Shown: one piece after another, positions 62,806 to 64,000 of the stretch | Layout: each line of letters begins with the position of its first letter | How positions within the stretch are numbered: the stretch's first letter is position 1 | Source of the DNA: Octopus bimaculoides | Lineage: Eukaryota | Assembly: GCF_001194135.2 (NCBI RefSeq) | Contig: NC_068984.1 | Location: 126,332,426 to 126,396,425, forward strand | DNA: 64,000 nt | Direction: 5' to 3' | Position numbers and translations under genes: made by a program | The notes under the pieces: generated by a model | Databases searched by the model: none | Seen by the model: the letters and a program-made list of their open reading frames with translations, nothing else | What the model was told of the DNA's origin: nothing

Positions 62806-63243
62806 TATATATATATGTATATATATATATATATATNNNNNNNNNNNNNNNNNNNNNNNNNNNNNNNNNNNNNNNNNNNNNNNNNNNNNNNNNNNNNNNN
62901 NNNNNNNNNNNNNNNNNNNNNNNNNNNNNNNNNNNNNNNNNNNNNNNNNNNNNTATATTTATTTTTTTCTAAAATTTAACTAAAAGCACAAGAAACAGAA
63001 ATGATGCAAAAACATACCAAACAGAAAATTTGTAGCTTATTCCTCATCAATCAACATCTAAAAGATCATTACAACTTTGCACCTTTAATATTGATATAGT
63101 TCATTTTTGGTGATGTCAGTGGCAAAAAGCCACTGGGAATAGCAAATGAATGTACGAGACAATGATGAAAACAAACATGACAAAAGAAAACACACATATA
63201 CAACAAAAAAAGCTGTGCGGCTGCAAGACAAATATATATATAT

Positions 63244-63472
63244 ATATATAATTGTTAAAGAGGACGGCAAACATTAAAGCAAGGCAAACATCTCAAGTCG
63301 TATACGATATTCTTATTGGAAAAAATTCAAAATCTTACAGCTGTTTCTGGGATATATGCAAGTACAGGATATTCTGTCATCAGAGACAAATATTTTCCAA
63401 TAATAATATTGTACACGACTTGAGATGTGTACCTTGCCGTAATGTTTATTGTCCTCTTTAACAATTATATAT
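63244..63472 (-). mobile_element. Foldback element: 80-bp inverted repeats enclosing a hammerhead-ribozyme-like motif
   Basis: Arms 63244-63323 and 63393-63472 are ungapped reverse complements with 70/80 identity. The loop (minus strand, 63332-63387) reads GTCT-CTGATGA-...-GAAA-CAGCTG-TA-AGAT. Confidence 0.8.
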
Positions 63473-63605
63473 CCGCTGCATCAGAAATCTGCAATGGCCC
63501 CATAACTACCATCTCAGCTATAACTTTGGAGCCCTAGTAATCGGTTACAACACTTACCTAGCATACCTAATCATTTAGATCACCTGTGAACTAAACCTCC
63601 ATATT

Positions 63606-63710
<105 letters not shown>

Positions 63711-64000
63711 TTATATATATATAAATAAAGCTGTTATATTTTTGTAAGAATCCACAGCCCAGTGGAATAGCTTCTGTGCTTCTTTCACTGACAGGTCTGT
63801 GAGTTGTGGGTTTATGTCTGGCCGTGTGCTATTTGATCTGATATCACAACAATATTGCAACATATTAAGATTTGTTAAAGTGTTTCCAATATAGTCACAC
63901 CATAACAGAATAATATTATAAATATATTATGTGTTTGATTTCTAAGCTACATGATGATACCTGCCAAGAATCAAAGTTGATTAATAAGGCAAAGATCAAA

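Overview
AT-rich, microsatellite-laden animal genomic DNA from a gapped draft scaffold. The repeat landscape (tRNA-headed SINEs with internal (TA)n/(TG)n, RTE-type (GAT)n tails, mariner/piggyBac MITEs) looks like an octopus/cephalopod genome; this is inference, not verified. Only one host gene is well supported: an intronless 717-aa LRR-Ig-FN3-TM receptor on the minus strand (8357-10510) of the LRRN1/2/3 (NLRR) family, with a splice acceptor at ~10653 and a uORF-dense 5' UTR. The other ~53 kb has no host coding exon I can support and is filled with mobile elements: several SINE families, RTE and R4/Dong LINE fragments, a SAP-domain-encoding element, and mariner, piggyBac-like, pogo-like and Merlin-like TIR elements. 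The most unusual signals are several hammerhead-ribozyme-like motifs: one with an intact core in the loop of an 80-bp inverted repeat (63244-63472), three further motifs with the same GAAACAGCTGT-type segment (one decayed), and a ~200-bp tandem array with a hammerhead fold (57432-57844) inside an (ATT)n-seeded retroelement nest. No rRNA, true tRNA gene or CRISPR array is supported. Almost all other ORFs in the track are microsatellite, SINE or N-gap artefacts.
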